Source: an uncultured Gammaproteobacteria bacterium (lineage in GTDB: Bacteria; Pseudomonadota; Gammaproteobacteria; GCA-001735895). Taken from it: a stretch of 64,000 nucleotides of DNA. Within the stretch, counting starts at the first letter, position 1, and every line of letters starts with the position of its first letter. Below, in pieces: positions 29,912 to 40,634 of this stretch. A program made the position numbers and the translations under genes. The stretch spans positions 9,078 through 73,077 of the forward strand of contig CAJXUC010000006.1 of assembly GCA_913061315.1 (NCBI GenBank), read 5' to 3'. Under the pieces are notes generated by a model that was not told where the DNA came from, did not search any database, and saw only the letters and a list, made by a program, of their open reading frames with translations.

Positions 29912-30598
29912 ATGATCGAATTTAAGAATGTAACTAAACGATACGAAGGTGGTTTTGAGGCTCTTCGTAACGTCAACATGCAACTCGATGACGGGGAAAT
30001 GGCTTTCTTGACCGGTCATTCTGGCGCGGGTAAAAGTACACTCCTTAAAATTATTGCTCTAATTGAAAAACCTACCCGTGGGCAAGCTTTGCTCAATCGT
30101 ATTAATTTAAAAACAATCTCTAAGAATAAAGTCCCTTATATAAGACGTAACATTGGTATTATTTTTCAGGATCATCAGCTGTTATTTGACCGAACTGTGT
30201 TTGACAATGTCGCTTTACCCTTGACTATTCAGGGATATCGATATCAAGAGATTGCAAAAAGAACCCGCGCCGCCTTAGATAAAGTCGGTTTGCTTGGTAA
30301 AGAAAAAGCCATGCCAATTACCTTATCAGGGGGTGAACAACAACGCATTGGGATCGCTCGAGCCGTCGTACACAAACCCATGTTGCTGTTAGCCGACGAA
30401 CCGACAGGCAATCTTGATCCTGCGCTGTCGCGTGAAATCATGCAAATTTTTGTCGACTTTCATCAAGTAGGGGTCTCTGTCTTGGTTGCAAGTCATGATT
30501 TAAGTTTGATCAATGATCTGCAAAAACCCGTACTCACTCTAAACGGTGGACAAATGACTCATAATGACCTCCAGCCTATAGTAGGATACCAATCATGA
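29912..30598 (+). CDS. ftsE: Cell division ABC transporter ATP-binding protein
   Basis: GHSGAGKST, LSGGEQQRIGIARA; ftsYEX order. Confidence 0.9.
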   Translation: MIEFKNVTKRYEGGFEALRNVNMQLDDGEMAFLTGHSGAGKSTLLKIIALIEKPTRGQALLNRINLKTISKNKVPYIRRNIGIIFQDHQLLFDRTVFDNVALPLTIQGYRYQEIAKRTRAALDKVGLLGKEKAMPITLSGGEQQRIGIARAVVHKPMLLLADEPTGNLDPALSREIMQIFVDFHQVGVSVLVASHDLSLINDLQKPVLTLNGGQMTHNDLQPIVGYQS

Positions 30599-30614
30599 TT
30601 AGACCTCATTAGTC

Positions 30615-31580
30615 ATGGTTATGGCGACAAGCACCACCCGAAGAGATAGGCCAGAGGCTGCCAATAGGCTACTCGCCTACTTTATACATCATCTTCAATC
30701 GCTTATATTTAGTTTGGGTAAAATTTATACAGCGCCGACCACCACCATTATGACTGTGGCTGTTATTGGCATTACATTATCACTACCCAGCGGTTTCTAC
30801 GTTTTTCTTAAAAATATAGAGGCTATGTCAGGAGACTTAAGTTCGAGCACACAAATCTCCTTATATCTTGACCTTAATATCAATGAGACAGTGGCACTAA
30901 AGTTAAGCAAAAAACTTGCTCATCAAGCGAACGTCCAAGAAACTAAATTTATTTCTCGTGACAGCGCTCTCCTATCGTTTCGTCAAAGCTCTGGGTTTGG
31001 TAAAAGTATTGACACTTTATCGAGTAATCCCCTACCCCACACTATTATCGTCATCCCCAAAAGGAGCAGTGATAGATTTGTAATAAAGAATCTGCTCAAT
31101 AGCCTGCAGTCTTTAGCCGAAGTTAAACTAGCCAAACTGGATACTGAATGGCTAGAAAGGCTTTTTACTATATTAGAAATAGCGAAACGGGCTGTTGGTA
31201 TCATTACACTTTTATTTGCTTTTGCAGTCTTACTCATAATTGGTAATACGATTCGGCTCGATATACAAAATCGGTATCAGGAAATTATTGTCACTAAACT
31301 CATCGGAGCTACCAATGCCTTCATCCGTCGACCATTTTTGTATGGCGGTTTATGGTATGGCCTTTTAGGCGGCATAATATCTTGGCTTATTGTAGAACTG
31401 GGGTATCTGGCTATTTCTGGGCCGCTCGAGCGTCTTAACCTACTGTATCAATCAGAACTTGATCTCGTTACCTTTTCATTGCAAGATTTTATTATTTTGC
31501 TCACTTCAAGTGCCCTACTAGGCCTTTTTGGCTCGTGGATTGCCGTAGCTAAACATCTGAACCAAATAGAACCAAAATAA
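30615..31580 (+). CDS. ftsX: Cell division ABC transporter permease
   Basis: 321 aa, 4 TM with a large periplasmic loop, follows ftsE. Confidence 0.85.
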   Translation: MVMATSTTRRDRPEAANRLLAYFIHHLQSLIFSLGKIYTAPTTTIMTVAVIGITLSLPSGFYVFLKNIEAMSGDLSSSTQISLYLDLNINETVALKLSKKLAHQANVQETKFISRDSALLSFRQSSGFGKSIDTLSSNPLPHTIIVIPKRSSDRFVIKNLLNSLQSLAEVKLAKLDTEWLERLFTILEIAKRAVGIITLLFAFAVLLIIGNTIRLDIQNRYQEIIVTKLIGATNAFIRRPFLYGGLWYGLLGGIISWLIVELGYLAISGPLERLNLLYQSELDLVTFSLQDFIILLTSSALLGLFGSWIAVAKHLNQIEPK

Positions 31581-31971
31581 AGCTTAGTACAAACAAGCGT
31601 TAATTATGAATGGATAATCTGTCCACGATGTCATTGCCTAGGATAAGGCTATAAAGCTGATGTTTTGAATTATATTTAATTTATTTTAAATTGAAATTAT
31701 AATCTCATTATTTACTTGAGAATTAGCGTCCAAGCCAAAGGTTGTAATATCGTTGTTCCCATTGAATTTCAAGAGGTTTTTGTTTGTATCAAAAAGCAAA
31801 AATTATTTTTCATTTTATTATCAATAGCTTTTGATTGAGCATTTTAGCCCTAGGTTTGTTCAATTACTTGGGATACTTGTGATCTTATGTTAGTTCAAAA
31901 TCGTATAGTTATTAAATATTAGAATTTTATTTATTTTTCTTTGATTCCTAATTTTTTCATTAGACATGGTT

Positions 31972-31998
31972 GAACTAAGTATTCTATCCATGCTCTAA
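31972..31998 (+). promoter_or_regulatory. SigmaE (sigma-24)-type promoter for rpoH
   Basis: GAACTA - 16 nt - TCTAA matches the E. coli rpoH P3 GAACTT-N16-TCTGA. Confidence 0.4.
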
Positions 31999-32051
31999 TG
32001 TTTGGCACTCCTCTATGAAGAGTGCTACACACACTAAACACGAGGTTTATT

Positions 32052-32921
32052 ATGAGTACACAGCTGGTCAGTACTAGCAATTCACTGCCAATCCTTATGG
32101 GGTCGTCAAATTTAGACGCCTACATACAGGCTTCGCGAAGAATCCCTATTCTCACACCAGAAGAAGAGTATGCATACGCCACTGATTTGCAGGCGACCGG
32201 TAACCTAGCGTCAGCTCAAAAGCTAGTTTTACCCCATTTAAGATTTGTAATTAAGATTGCCAATAATTACGCTGGTTATGGATTGGCTATTTCTGATTTA
32301 ATTCAAGAAGGTAGTATTGGCCTAATGAAAGCTGTTAAGCGCTTTGATCCAGAAGTTGGTGTCCGGCTTGTTTCTTTTGCAGTGCATTGGATTAAGGCCG
32401 AAATACATGAGTTCATTTTAAAAAATTGGCGCATCGTGAAAATAGCGACGACTAAAGCTCAGCGAAAGTTATTTTTTAAGTTACGTAGCCAAAAAACCCG
32501 CTTAGGTTGGTTCAAAGCAGAAGAAATTACCCATGTCGCTGAAACACTTGGTGTCACGCGTGAAAATGTCATGGAAATGGAAAACAGGCTCAACAACCAA
32601 GATATCGGTTTCAACATGAGCAGTGATGAAGATGACGACTCGGCCTACATAGCGCCAGAAAATATGCTCATGTCGAGTACACTTTCACCAGAAATTACGC
32701 TTGAATCTAAAGACTCGAAGCAGCAAGACAGTCTTCATTTGAGAAAGGCGCTCAATGAGTTAGATGATCGTAGTAAAGAGATCGTTTCACGTCGTTGGTT
32801 AGATGATGATTCGAAAGCAACATTGCACGAACTTGCTAATGAATTTGGTGTGTCTGCAGAGCGCATTCGTCAGATAGAAAAAAATGCATTTAAGACAATC
32901 AAGGCAAAATTTGTAGCTTAA
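32052..32921 (+). CDS. rpoH: RNA polymerase sigma-32 heat-shock factor
   Basis: RpoH box-like region and conserved sigma regions 2 to 4; GAGG RBS at 32042; located downstream of ftsYEX as in Enterobacteria. Confidence 0.9.
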   Translation: MSTQLVSTSNSLPILMGSSNLDAYIQASRRIPILTPEEEYAYATDLQATGNLASAQKLVLPHLRFVIKIANNYAGYGLAISDLIQEGSIGLMKAVKRFDPEVGVRLVSFAVHWIKAEIHEFILKNWRIVKIATTKAQRKLFFKLRSQKTRLGWFKAEEITHVAETLGVTRENVMEMENRLNNQDIGFNMSSDEDDDSAYIAPENMLMSSTLSPEITLESKDSKQQDSLHLRKALNELDDRSKEIVSRRWLDDDSKATLHELANEFGVSAERIRQIEKNAFKTIKAKFVA

Positions 32922-32945
32922 TTTTATAGGCTTAACGCTCCAATT

Positions 32946-32977
32946 AAAGCACGGTTTTATTTGCCGTGCTTTTTTTG
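32946..32977 (+). terminator. rpoH rho-independent terminator
   Basis: aaagcacgg / ccgtgcttt 9-bp stem followed by ttttttt. Confidence 0.6.
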
Positions 32978-33155
32978 ACCCTTAAAAAGATAACTCATCA
33001 TCCCTGTTCCCTCATTCTTGTTTTAATATAGTCCAGCAACATTATAATTTTCATTGAACTGAATTACTTTGGGTTACGAACTCTTGCTGTAATAATTCTG
33101 GATCAGCTGAGGGTCACTGTTAAAACTAATATTGCCATAAATTTTTATGACAAAT

Positions 33156-33185
33156 AAAAAAACGCGACCTTTAGTCGCGTTTTTA
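33156..33185. terminator. Bidirectional rho-independent terminator downstream of coxC
   Basis: aaaaaaa-aacgcgac-cttt-gtcgcgtt-tttt: a hairpin flanked by an A-run and a T-run. Confidence 0.55.
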
Positions 33186-33216
33186 AGAATCATTTTGTGA
33201 TTATTCTATCGAAGTT

Positions 33217-34089
33217 CTATATCCAATAAACAAACACAAATAAACCTAACCAAACTACGTCCACAAAATGCCAGTACCAGGCGACTGCTTCAAAGGCAAA
33301 ATGGTTTTTACCGTTGAAATGGCCTTTCATTGCTCGGATCATCATAATTAGCAACATGATTGCACCCATAGTAACGTGAAATCCATGGAAGCCCGTTAAT
33401 AGATAAAAAGTACTGCCATAGATGCCTGAATCCATTCTCAAATTGAGATCGTTATAAGCATGTGAATACTCTAATGCTTGCAAACCAACAAATATAAAAC
33501 CCAATGCAACAGTCGCAAACAACCAGTAAACTACTTTTACTTGGTCATGTTTTTTAATCGCCCAATGTGCAAATGTCAGTGTTAAACCAGACGTCAAAAG
33601 AATAGCCGTATTGATTGCAGGTAAACCCCAAGGACCCATTGCCTCTTTAGCAACGGTAAATTTATCAGAGGAAGGTAAATTAATTAAAGGCCACGCGGCT
33701 TCAAAGTCTGGCCATAATAACCAAGCGGTTGCATCGTTATTTGAGGCACCATCCAACCATGGAATTGAAAGTGCACGTGCATAATAAAGCGCTCCAAAAA
33801 AGCAGGCAAAGAACATTACTTCGGAAAATATAAACCAGCCCATACCCCAACGAAAAGATCTATCAACCTTTTCACTGTAAAGGCCCGCTAAGCTTTCATC
33901 GACTACCTGACCAAACCAACCATACATCATGAAAATGAGGATGGCTAAACCAACAAACATAACGGTTAGCTCAGACCCGTGCAGATAGTTAGCAAAACCA
34001 ACCACTGTCGTAGTCAAACCAATTGAGCCTATAATTGGCCAATGGGTACCATTCGGTATGTAATACGTCTCTTCCGATGCTGAACTCAT
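33217..34089 (-). CDS. coxC: Cytochrome c oxidase (aa3) subunit III
   Basis: 290 aa, 7 TM, conserved subunit III sequence. Confidence 0.9.
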   Translation of the reverse strand: MSSASEETYYIPNGTHWPIIGSIGLTTTVVGFANYLHGSELTVMFVGLAILIFMMYGWFGQVVDESLAGLYSEKVDRSFRWGMGWFIFSEVMFFACFFGALYYARALSIPWLDGASNNDATAWLLWPDFEAAWPLINLPSSDKFTVAKEAMGPWGLPAINTAILLTSGLTLTFAHWAIKKHDQVKVVYWLFATVALGFIFVGLQALEYSHAYNDLNLRMDSGIYGSTFYLLTGFHGFHVTMGAIMLLIMMIRAMKGHFNGKNHFAFEAVAWYWHFVDVVWLGLFVFVYWI

Positions 34090-34152
34090 GAATAATCTCT
34101 CTTTAAATTATCTGAACTTTAAACTGCTTTTGAACAGCTATTTTATTTTAAC

Positions 34153-34692
34153 TCAACCCTTATCCAAACTGAAAAAGGTATACGATAGTGTTATTTGTTC
34201 AACCTTGTCTGAAATGCCGTTACTGATTATAAACTTCAAGGGCATATCTCTCGTCTCAAAACCAGCTAAATTTTGATCGTTAAAACAAAAACACACGGTC
34301 TTATTAAAATGTTGTGCCGCAATTCCTGGAGAAACGCTGGGTATTGCCTGACCTTTTGTTTCTCGATCTGTCGTACTGCGAACCCGATAAATTGCTTCGT
34401 ACAATTGACCAGGGTGAACGTCCATCTTGGTGACTAGTGGCTCAAAACTCCATGGAAGTCCTGCCGTTGTATTGGCTAAGAATCTGACTTCAATAGTTCG
34501 GGACCGATCAACATCACTTTCGTCTATCATTGACGCTTCTACGCGTCCTGTTTTACCATTCAAACCAGTTATGTCACACAGCACATCATATAGAGGCACC
34601 ATTGCGAACCCAAACCCAAACATGAACACAGGGACAAGACAAATTTTAATCATCTGCGATCGAGGAATGATTTTTTTAAAAACGTTACTCAC
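34153..34692 (-). CDS. ctaG: Cytochrome c oxidase assembly protein CtaG/Cox11
   Basis: 179 aa, N-terminal TM, Cox11 copper-chaperone region with the CFCF motif. Confidence 0.8.
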   Translation of the reverse strand: MSNVFKKIIPRSQMIKICLVPVFMFGFGFAMVPLYDVLCDITGLNGKTGRVEASMIDESDVDRSRTIEVRFLANTTAGLPWSFEPLVTKMDVHPGQLYEAIYRVRSTTDRETKGQAIPSVSPGIAAQHFNKTVCFCFNDQNLAGFETRDMPLKFIISNGISDKVEQITLSYTFFSLDKG

Positions 34693-34781
34693 AAGAAGTC
34701 ACTCAATTGTAGCGCTAACAAAACAACAATATCCTAAAAATATGCCTCAGTTTAGAACTGAGACATATTACGTTTACAATT

Positions 34782-36374
34782 TCACTTAACTTCAGGAGCC
34801 GTATTGAAACTATGATAGGGTGCAGGAGAAGGCAGTTCTTCGAACTCTAGACCCGTAGCACCTTCCCAAACAATATCAGTCGCTTTTTTGCCGCCTTTGA
34901 TCGTCTTAACAATAATAAATAAGAAAAACACCTGAGCTAGGCCAAAACAGAATCCACCAATACTCGAGATCATATTAAACTCTGCAAATTGCAAAGCGTA
35001 ATCAGGGATACGACGCGGCATACCTGCTAGACCTAGAAAGTGTTGTGGGAAAAACAATACGTTGACAGCAATTGTTGACCACCAGAAATGAATCTTTCCT
35101 AGGGTCTCGTTGTACATATTACCCGTCCACTTTGGAACCCAATAATAATAGGCCGCAATAATTGAGTACAAAGCACCAGTTACTAATACATAGTGAAAGT
35201 GAGCCACAACAAAATAAGTGTCATGATATTGCGTATCGACTGGCGCTACGCCCAGCATCAAACCGGACAATCCACCAATCGTGAACATGACAATAAAACC
35301 CAACGCCCACAACATCGGTGTTTCGAAAGTCATCGACCCTCTCCACATTGTTGTTACCCAGTTAAATACCTTAACCCCTGTTGGGATTGAAATCAGGATA
35401 GTGGCATACATAAAGTATAACTCTCCTGCAACCGGCATACCCGTGGTGAACATGTGATGAGCCCAAACCATAAATGATAAAATAGCGATGGAACCAGTCG
35501 CATAAACCATTGAGCTATAACCAAATAATGGCTTGCGCGCAAAAGTTGGTACGATTGCAGAGATTATACCAAACGCGGGCAAAATCATGATATAGACTTC
35601 AGGATGACCAAAAAACCAGAATATATGCTGGAACATTACCGGATCGCCGCCACCAGCAGCATCAAAAAATGACGTTCCAAAATGACGATCAGTTAACATC
35701 ATGGTGACTGCACCAGCTAATACAGGCATAACTGCAATAAGCAGGTAAGCAGTGATTAACCAAGTCCATACAAACAATGGCATTTTCATTAACGTCATGC
35801 CAGGAGCACGCATATTCAAAATCGTAGCGATAACATTAATCGCACCCATGACGGATGAAATACCCATTAAATGAACACCGAAAATAAAGAAGTCGGTACT
35901 TGCAGGTGCATACGTTGTAGAAAGTGGTGCATAGAAAGTCCAACCAAAAGCGGGACCACCGCCTTCCATAAACAAGCTACTGAGCAACATGGAAAAAGCG
36001 AATGGTAATATCCAGAAACTCCAGTTATTCATACGCGGCAGGGCCATATCGGGTGCGCCAATCATCAATGGTAACATCCAGTTAGCCAACCCAACAAAAG
36101 CTGGCATGATCGCACCAAAGACCATAATCAAACCATGCATGGTAGTCATTTGGTTAAAAAAATGTGGTTCTACAAATTGTAATCCAGGCTGAAATAATTC
36201 AGCACGAATCACCATTGCAAAACTCCCTCCGGTCAATAGCATAATGAAAGAGAACCAAAGGTATAACGTACCAATATCTTTATGATTTGTAGTCGTTATC
36301 CAACGAGATAATCCATAGGCAGGCCCATGATCGTCGTGATCGTCGTGATCAGTTGTAGTAGTTGCATTTGTCAT
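34782..36374 (-). CDS. coxA: Cytochrome c oxidase subunit I
   Basis: GHPEVYILILP, WAHHMF and other heme-copper oxidase signatures. Confidence 0.95.
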   Translation of the reverse strand: MTNATTTTDHDDHDDHGPAYGLSRWITTTNHKDIGTLYLWFSFIMLLTGGSFAMVIRAELFQPGLQFVEPHFFNQMTTMHGLIMVFGAIMPAFVGLANWMLPLMIGAPDMALPRMNNWSFWILPFAFSMLLSSLFMEGGGPAFGWTFYAPLSTTYAPASTDFFIFGVHLMGISSVMGAINVIATILNMRAPGMTLMKMPLFVWTWLITAYLLIAVMPVLAGAVTMMLTDRHFGTSFFDAAGGGDPVMFQHIFWFFGHPEVYIMILPAFGIISAIVPTFARKPLFGYSSMVYATGSIAILSFMVWAHHMFTTGMPVAGELYFMYATILISIPTGVKVFNWVTTMWRGSMTFETPMLWALGFIVMFTIGGLSGLMLGVAPVDTQYHDTYFVVAHFHYVLVTGALYSIIAAYYYWVPKWTGNMYNETLGKIHFWWSTIAVNVLFFPQHFLGLAGMPRRIPDYALQFAEFNMISSIGGFCFGLAQVFFLFIIVKTIKGGKKATDIVWEGATGLEFEELPSPAPYHSFNTAPEVK

Positions 36375-36386
36375 TAATAAATCCTC

Positions 36387-37520
36387 TTATCTCAAGCCAG
36401 TGATAGCTGATGGTTGAACCATGTCACCCACGCTATTGCCTAGAGCATTTCGTTCATAAGTTACTACTGCCGCTATATCAACGTCACTAAGCATCGTTTT
36501 AAACGCTGCCATTGCAGTACCTGCTTTTCCGTTCACAATGATGTCGATATGCCCTGCAATATCACCAAGAACTATATCGCTCCCTGTCATAGCAGGAAAC
36601 ACATTAGGAATGCCAGCACCAGTAACACCATGGCAGCCAGAGCAGTTAACTTTATAGACTGTTTCACCTTTAGCGATTAAGTCTTCCATAGACCACTTTT
36701 CTTCAGCGGCTGCAGCTACGGCTAAAGCCTGAGCTTTTTTACCATTGAGCCATTTTTCATAGTCAGCCTGTGTTACAGCCTCGACAACAATGGGCATAAA
36801 ACCATGCTCTATTCCACATAATTCTGCACATTGACCACGGTAAGTGCCCACTTCTTCAATTATCGCCCAAGAATCATTAATGAAACCGGGTATAGCGTCT
36901 TGCTTAACAGCCAGAGCAGGCACAAACCAAGCATGAATGACGTCGTTAGAATGAAATAGAAAACGGATTTTTTTGTTGATTGGTAAAACAATTGGTTCAT
37001 CTACTTCAAGAAGATAATTTTCATTCCCCAACGGATCTTTAACTACGTCTCGACTACTTTGTGCTAACGAACTAATAAATTCGACATCTTCATCAACAAA
37101 CTTATACTTCCACTTCCACTGAATACCCGTAACCTGAAGGTTGATATCAGCGTCCGTTTTAGCATCTTCAAGATCGAGAAGTGTGCTGGTCGCTGGAATA
37201 GCAACTGCTATCAAAATTAACAGCGGTGCCAATGTCCAAATGATTTCAATTTTAGTACTTTCATGAAAGTTTGAAGCCTTCACCCCGCGAGATTTTCTAT
37301 GAAAGAAAATTGACCATGCCATTACTGCAAAAACCGCTGAACCGATTGCAACACAAATCCAGAATACAACCATATGCAGACCGTGCAAGTCACGACTTAT
37401 CGGGGTTACGCCCTCAGTCAGATTTAAGGTGTACTCTGCATTCGCAACCGACACCAATAGCATGGATAAAACACCCGCTATTGCTGCAAACCACCGTGCG
37501 GTTAACTTTTTAAAACTCAT
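36387..37520 (-). CDS. coxB: Cytochrome c oxidase subunit II with fused C-terminal cytochrome c domain
   Basis: CuA site (HxxxxxxxxxCxExCGxxH region: CAELCGIEHGFM) and C-terminal CSGCH heme c motif. Confidence 0.9.
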   Translation of the reverse strand: MSFKKLTARWFAAIAGVLSMLLVSVANAEYTLNLTEGVTPISRDLHGLHMVVFWICVAIGSAVFAVMAWSIFFHRKSRGVKASNFHESTKIEIIWTLAPLLILIAVAIPATSTLLDLEDAKTDADINLQVTGIQWKWKYKFVDEDVEFISSLAQSSRDVVKDPLGNENYLLEVDEPIVLPINKKIRFLFHSNDVIHAWFVPALAVKQDAIPGFINDSWAIIEEVGTYRGQCAELCGIEHGFMPIVVEAVTQADYEKWLNGKKAQALAVAAAAEEKWSMEDLIAKGETVYKVNCSGCHGVTGAGIPNVFPAMTGSDIVLGDIAGHIDIIVNGKAGTAMAAFKTMLSDVDIAAVVTYERNALGNSVGDMVQPSAITGLR

Positions 37521-37924
37521 TATAAAACCTCAATATTAATGCTTACTCTATATTCCATACTACTAACCTAGGCATTCCATGCCCCAGTAAAATTGTCGGT
37601 ATCTAAATAAAAAATTCCGCCCATGTCGAATGACTCAGAACGGCGCTAAAAATCCTCACGAATTATACAGTTTTTCAATTCAAACGCTAGCAGATCACGC
37701 CTTGTTTTGTGAGGATTCTCTCATCTAAATTGAACCGCTAACCAATAAATTTCAACACGCCTCGAGTGACCCATTACTCGTTATATATAGTTGCAATATA
37801 TTATTTACAAGGCCATTAAAGTTAATCACTTACTTTCTTTTAAGTACCTATATCAACCAGGGTTAATAATCGGCACAATGAGGTTAGATAACTTCAATTT
37901 TACTTAATCACTTGGAAAAATACC

Positions 37925-38152
37925 TTGGAAGAAGACAACGAAGAAAAAGAAAAAGTCACTATCAATTTTTGGCAGCTACTGATGAGCACTATGGCTGCTT
38001 TTATTGGCGTACAAAGTAACGCCAACCGAGAGCGAGATTTTAAACACGGTAAAGTTTCCCACTTTATTGCGATAGGTATATTGTTTGGAATTACTTTTGT
38101 CTTAGCCATCACTACTTTAGTCAAAGTGGTAATGATTTCTCTGGGTGCCTAA
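37925..38152 (+). CDS. DUF2970-like small membrane protein
   Basis: FWQLLMSTMAAFIGVQSNANRERDFKHG matches the DUF2970 core; start uncertain (TTG at 37925 or ATG at 37981). Confidence 0.4.
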   Translation: MEEDNEEKEKVTINFWQLLMSTMAAFIGVQSNANRERDFKHGKVSHFIAIGILFGITFVLAITTLVKVVMISLGA

Positions 38153-38179
38153 ACAGACCTATTGAGTCTAAAGTTTAAC

Positions 38180-39082
38180 TTAGGCTAAATATCCTCGAAT
38201 GAAAATTCTGGCGTAATGGTCAACTAACAAGAAGCCAAATAAAACACTGAGGTAGAAAATAGAATAGCTAAACGTTTTCATTGCAATAATATTAGGCTCA
38301 TCATCTTGATAAAGCTTAATTGCATAATATAAGAATCCAATACCAAGAGACACTGCTCCTGCGAGATAAATCAAGCCGCTCATCTGCACCAAAAATGGCA
38401 CCAGAGTAACAACAAACAAAAGCACTGTATAAAGTAGAATTTGAATCTTAGTAAAATACACACCATGCGTCACCGGTAGCATGGGTATATCAGCTTTGGC
38501 GTACTCTTCTCTTCGGCGAATTGCCAATGCCCAAAAATGAGGTGGAGTCCAAATAAAAATAATTAAAAATAACAAAAGCGCTTCAGTTTCAACCTGCCCA
38601 GTGACTGCAGTCCAGCCCAGCAAAGGGGGTGCTGCTCCCGCTGCACCGCCCAACACGATATTCTGAGGAGTGGCTCGCTTTAAATACATAGTATAGATTA
38701 GTGCGTATCCAACTAATGAGAAAAAAGTTAAGACTGCTGTTAACACGTTGATAAAAATTAGCAGCATCGCAATACCAATAACACCAAGAGACAAGGCGAA
38801 TATCAGCGCTTTTCTCTGCCCTAAATCACCACTAGCGATAGGGCGACCCTTTGTTCTTTCCATAATCTGATCGATGCGCTCATCAACCACGTGATTAATA
38901 GCTGCTCCTGAAGCTGCCGCAAAGCCAATACCCAGTAAACCAAAAACAAAAATATCGAGCGGCACCGCTCCGTCTACTGCCAGCAACATGCCAACCATTG
39001 CAGTAAAAACAATGAGGTAAACCACTTTAGGTTTAGTCAATTTATAGTATTGCGACCAAGTGGCCATAGTTAAAGTAGTCAT
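38180..39082 (-). CDS. cyoE: Protoheme IX farnesyltransferase (heme O synthase)
   Basis: UbiA-family prenyltransferase; QYYKLTKPKVV N-terminus like CyoE; ORF-track start 39115 is probably over-extended. Confidence 0.85.
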   Translation of the reverse strand: MTTLTMATWSQYYKLTKPKVVYLIVFTAMVGMLLAVDGAVPLDIFVFGLLGIGFAAASGAAINHVVDERIDQIMERTKGRPIASGDLGQRKALIFALSLGVIGIAMLLIFINVLTAVLTFFSLVGYALIYTMYLKRATPQNIVLGGAAGAAPPLLGWTAVTGQVETEALLLFLIIFIWTPPHFWALAIRRREEYAKADIPMLPVTHGVYFTKIQILLYTVLLFVVTLVPFLVQMSGLIYLAGAVSLGIGFLYYAIKLYQDDEPNIIAMKTFSYSIFYLSVLFGFLLVDHYARIFIRGYLA

Positions 39083-39141
39083 TTTATGTTTTAGCTTTCG
39101 AGGAGCAAGCCCCAAGTAATTTAATCGATATCATTTCAAGA

Positions 39142-39744
39142 TCACCCAATTTGGGACAATTTTATCAATTTCCTAATATCTTCCAGAATTTTGTTTTGAT
39201 CATTTTCTGCCGGATAATGCATCATATAGTTTTGGTCAGGGTCGACAAGGTATAATTTAGGCGAATCACCCACAACATCTTCACCTTCATCCTGGAACTG
39301 CTTAAATAGTGCAACATCGTCTACTTTATCAATGACAATTAAATTAGGATAATCGACGAAAAAGACCTTTAACTCTTCACTGAGCGGCTGTGTGCTTATG
39401 AATATATTCGAAATACGCTGAGTATCACGTCCAAGCAGAGTCCGTAACTGGCGCATATAGTACAGATTAGATTGGCATAATTCAGCACAAATACCTTTAT
39501 TAAGCATAATAAAGGACCACTGGCGTCCCAACCCATTTTCATAAATATCACCCTGAGTACTTTCTAACACCGGCCAACTCAATCGCTTAACCGGCTGAAC
39601 AAGCGTGCCATAATTGCCGCTGGCTGGCCTAACTTCAAATACATATAGCGCCATCCAACCACCAATAAAAGGGGCTAAAAAAACACCAATAAAGGCTAAT
39701 AGCTTCGCTCTGTGCCAAAACAAACTTTTATTTTTCTCAGTCAT
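39142..39744 (-). CDS. SCO1/SenC family copper chaperone
   Basis: Single N-terminal TM, CAELC (CxxxC) and downstream YLVDPD...H thioredoxin-fold motif; start taken as MTEKNK directly after the SURF1 stop. Confidence 0.55.
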   Translation of the reverse strand: MTEKNKSLFWHRAKLLAFIGVFLAPFIGGWMALYVFEVRPASGNYGTLVQPVKRLSWPVLESTQGDIYENGLGRQWSFIMLNKGICAELCQSNLYYMRQLRTLLGRDTQRISNIFISTQPLSEELKVFFVDYPNLIVIDKVDDVALFKQFQDEGEDVVGDSPKLYLVDPDQNYMMHYPAENDQNKILEDIRKLIKLSQIG

Positions 39745-40535
39745 TTCACTTTCCGTAAATTTAAAAACAAATATAAACCGACCGCAATGAGAGCAAAAAT
39801 AATCCACTGTAAGGCATAAGCTCGACTTTTGTCAGGATCGGCCCAAACTGGATTCCAGTTGCGTTCATAGTAACCTGGCTGATCAGGTGCGAGCCATATC
39901 ATTAGCGGTAACAATTCACCTGAAAAAGATGCCTGCATCGCATCAATATCAGTATAAGGCACTACTTGCGGCCAACTCTTCGTTAAGTTCACGACGCCCA
40001 TTCGAAAGCCCTCAGTAGTGGGTACCGAAGCGATGCCCTTGACCTGAGTTAGCAGCACTGGAGGTTCAATTACCGGTAAAGTATCTCGGCTATCACCTAC
40101 CCCAATCCAGCCTCGATTGACCAGAACAATTTTTTGACTGCCGGACAATATAAAAGGCGTTAAGACGTCATAACCTGCTCGTCCTTTAAACAATTTATTA
40201 TCAACTAAAATGGTTCGACTGACATCAAAATCACCTTCAAGAATTAAGTTCCGATAATCAATATCAACTAGTGAGTCACTTGCTGAAAAAAACTCATAAT
40301 CAGTTGCCAACCTAGACTCGAACTTGTCTTTAACCAAATCTTTAAATTCAGCACGATCCAACTGCCACATTGCTAGCTTCACAAATATAACTACCACCAC
40401 AAGAGTAATCATCGTTATTAGCCAACTTGGCTTAAAACACCAGTTTTGAATAATCATATCGCAGTCGAAGCCCCTATCGAGTAAACTAACACTTCTGTTC
40501 GTTTGCGCTACGGCCTTAAAAGTTAGACCCCGCAT
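39741..40535 (-). CDS. SURF1 family cytochrome oxidase assembly protein
   Basis: N-terminal TM then WQLDRAEFK, C-terminal TM; SURF1 topology. Confidence 0.7.
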   Translation of the reverse strand: MRGLTFKAVAQTNRSVSLLDRGFDCDMIIQNWCFKPSWLITMITLVVVVIFVKLAMWQLDRAEFKDLVKDKFESRLATDYEFFSASDSLVDIDYRNLILEGDFDVSRTILVDNKLFKGRAGYDVLTPFILSGSQKIVLVNRGWIGVGDSRDTLPVIEPPVLLTQVKGIASVPTTEGFRMGVVNLTKSWPQVVPYTDIDAMQASFSGELLPLMIWLAPDQPGYYERNWNPVWADPDKSRAYALQWIIFALIAVGLYLFLNLRKVK

Positions 40536-40634
40536 CGAAATTTCTTTAAAAATATTTATATCGCTTCAATTGCGAATATAAAACGCCTATTTTTTCTGTA
40601 GAATCTGCGTTTATAAAGCTAAAGTCATAAAATT

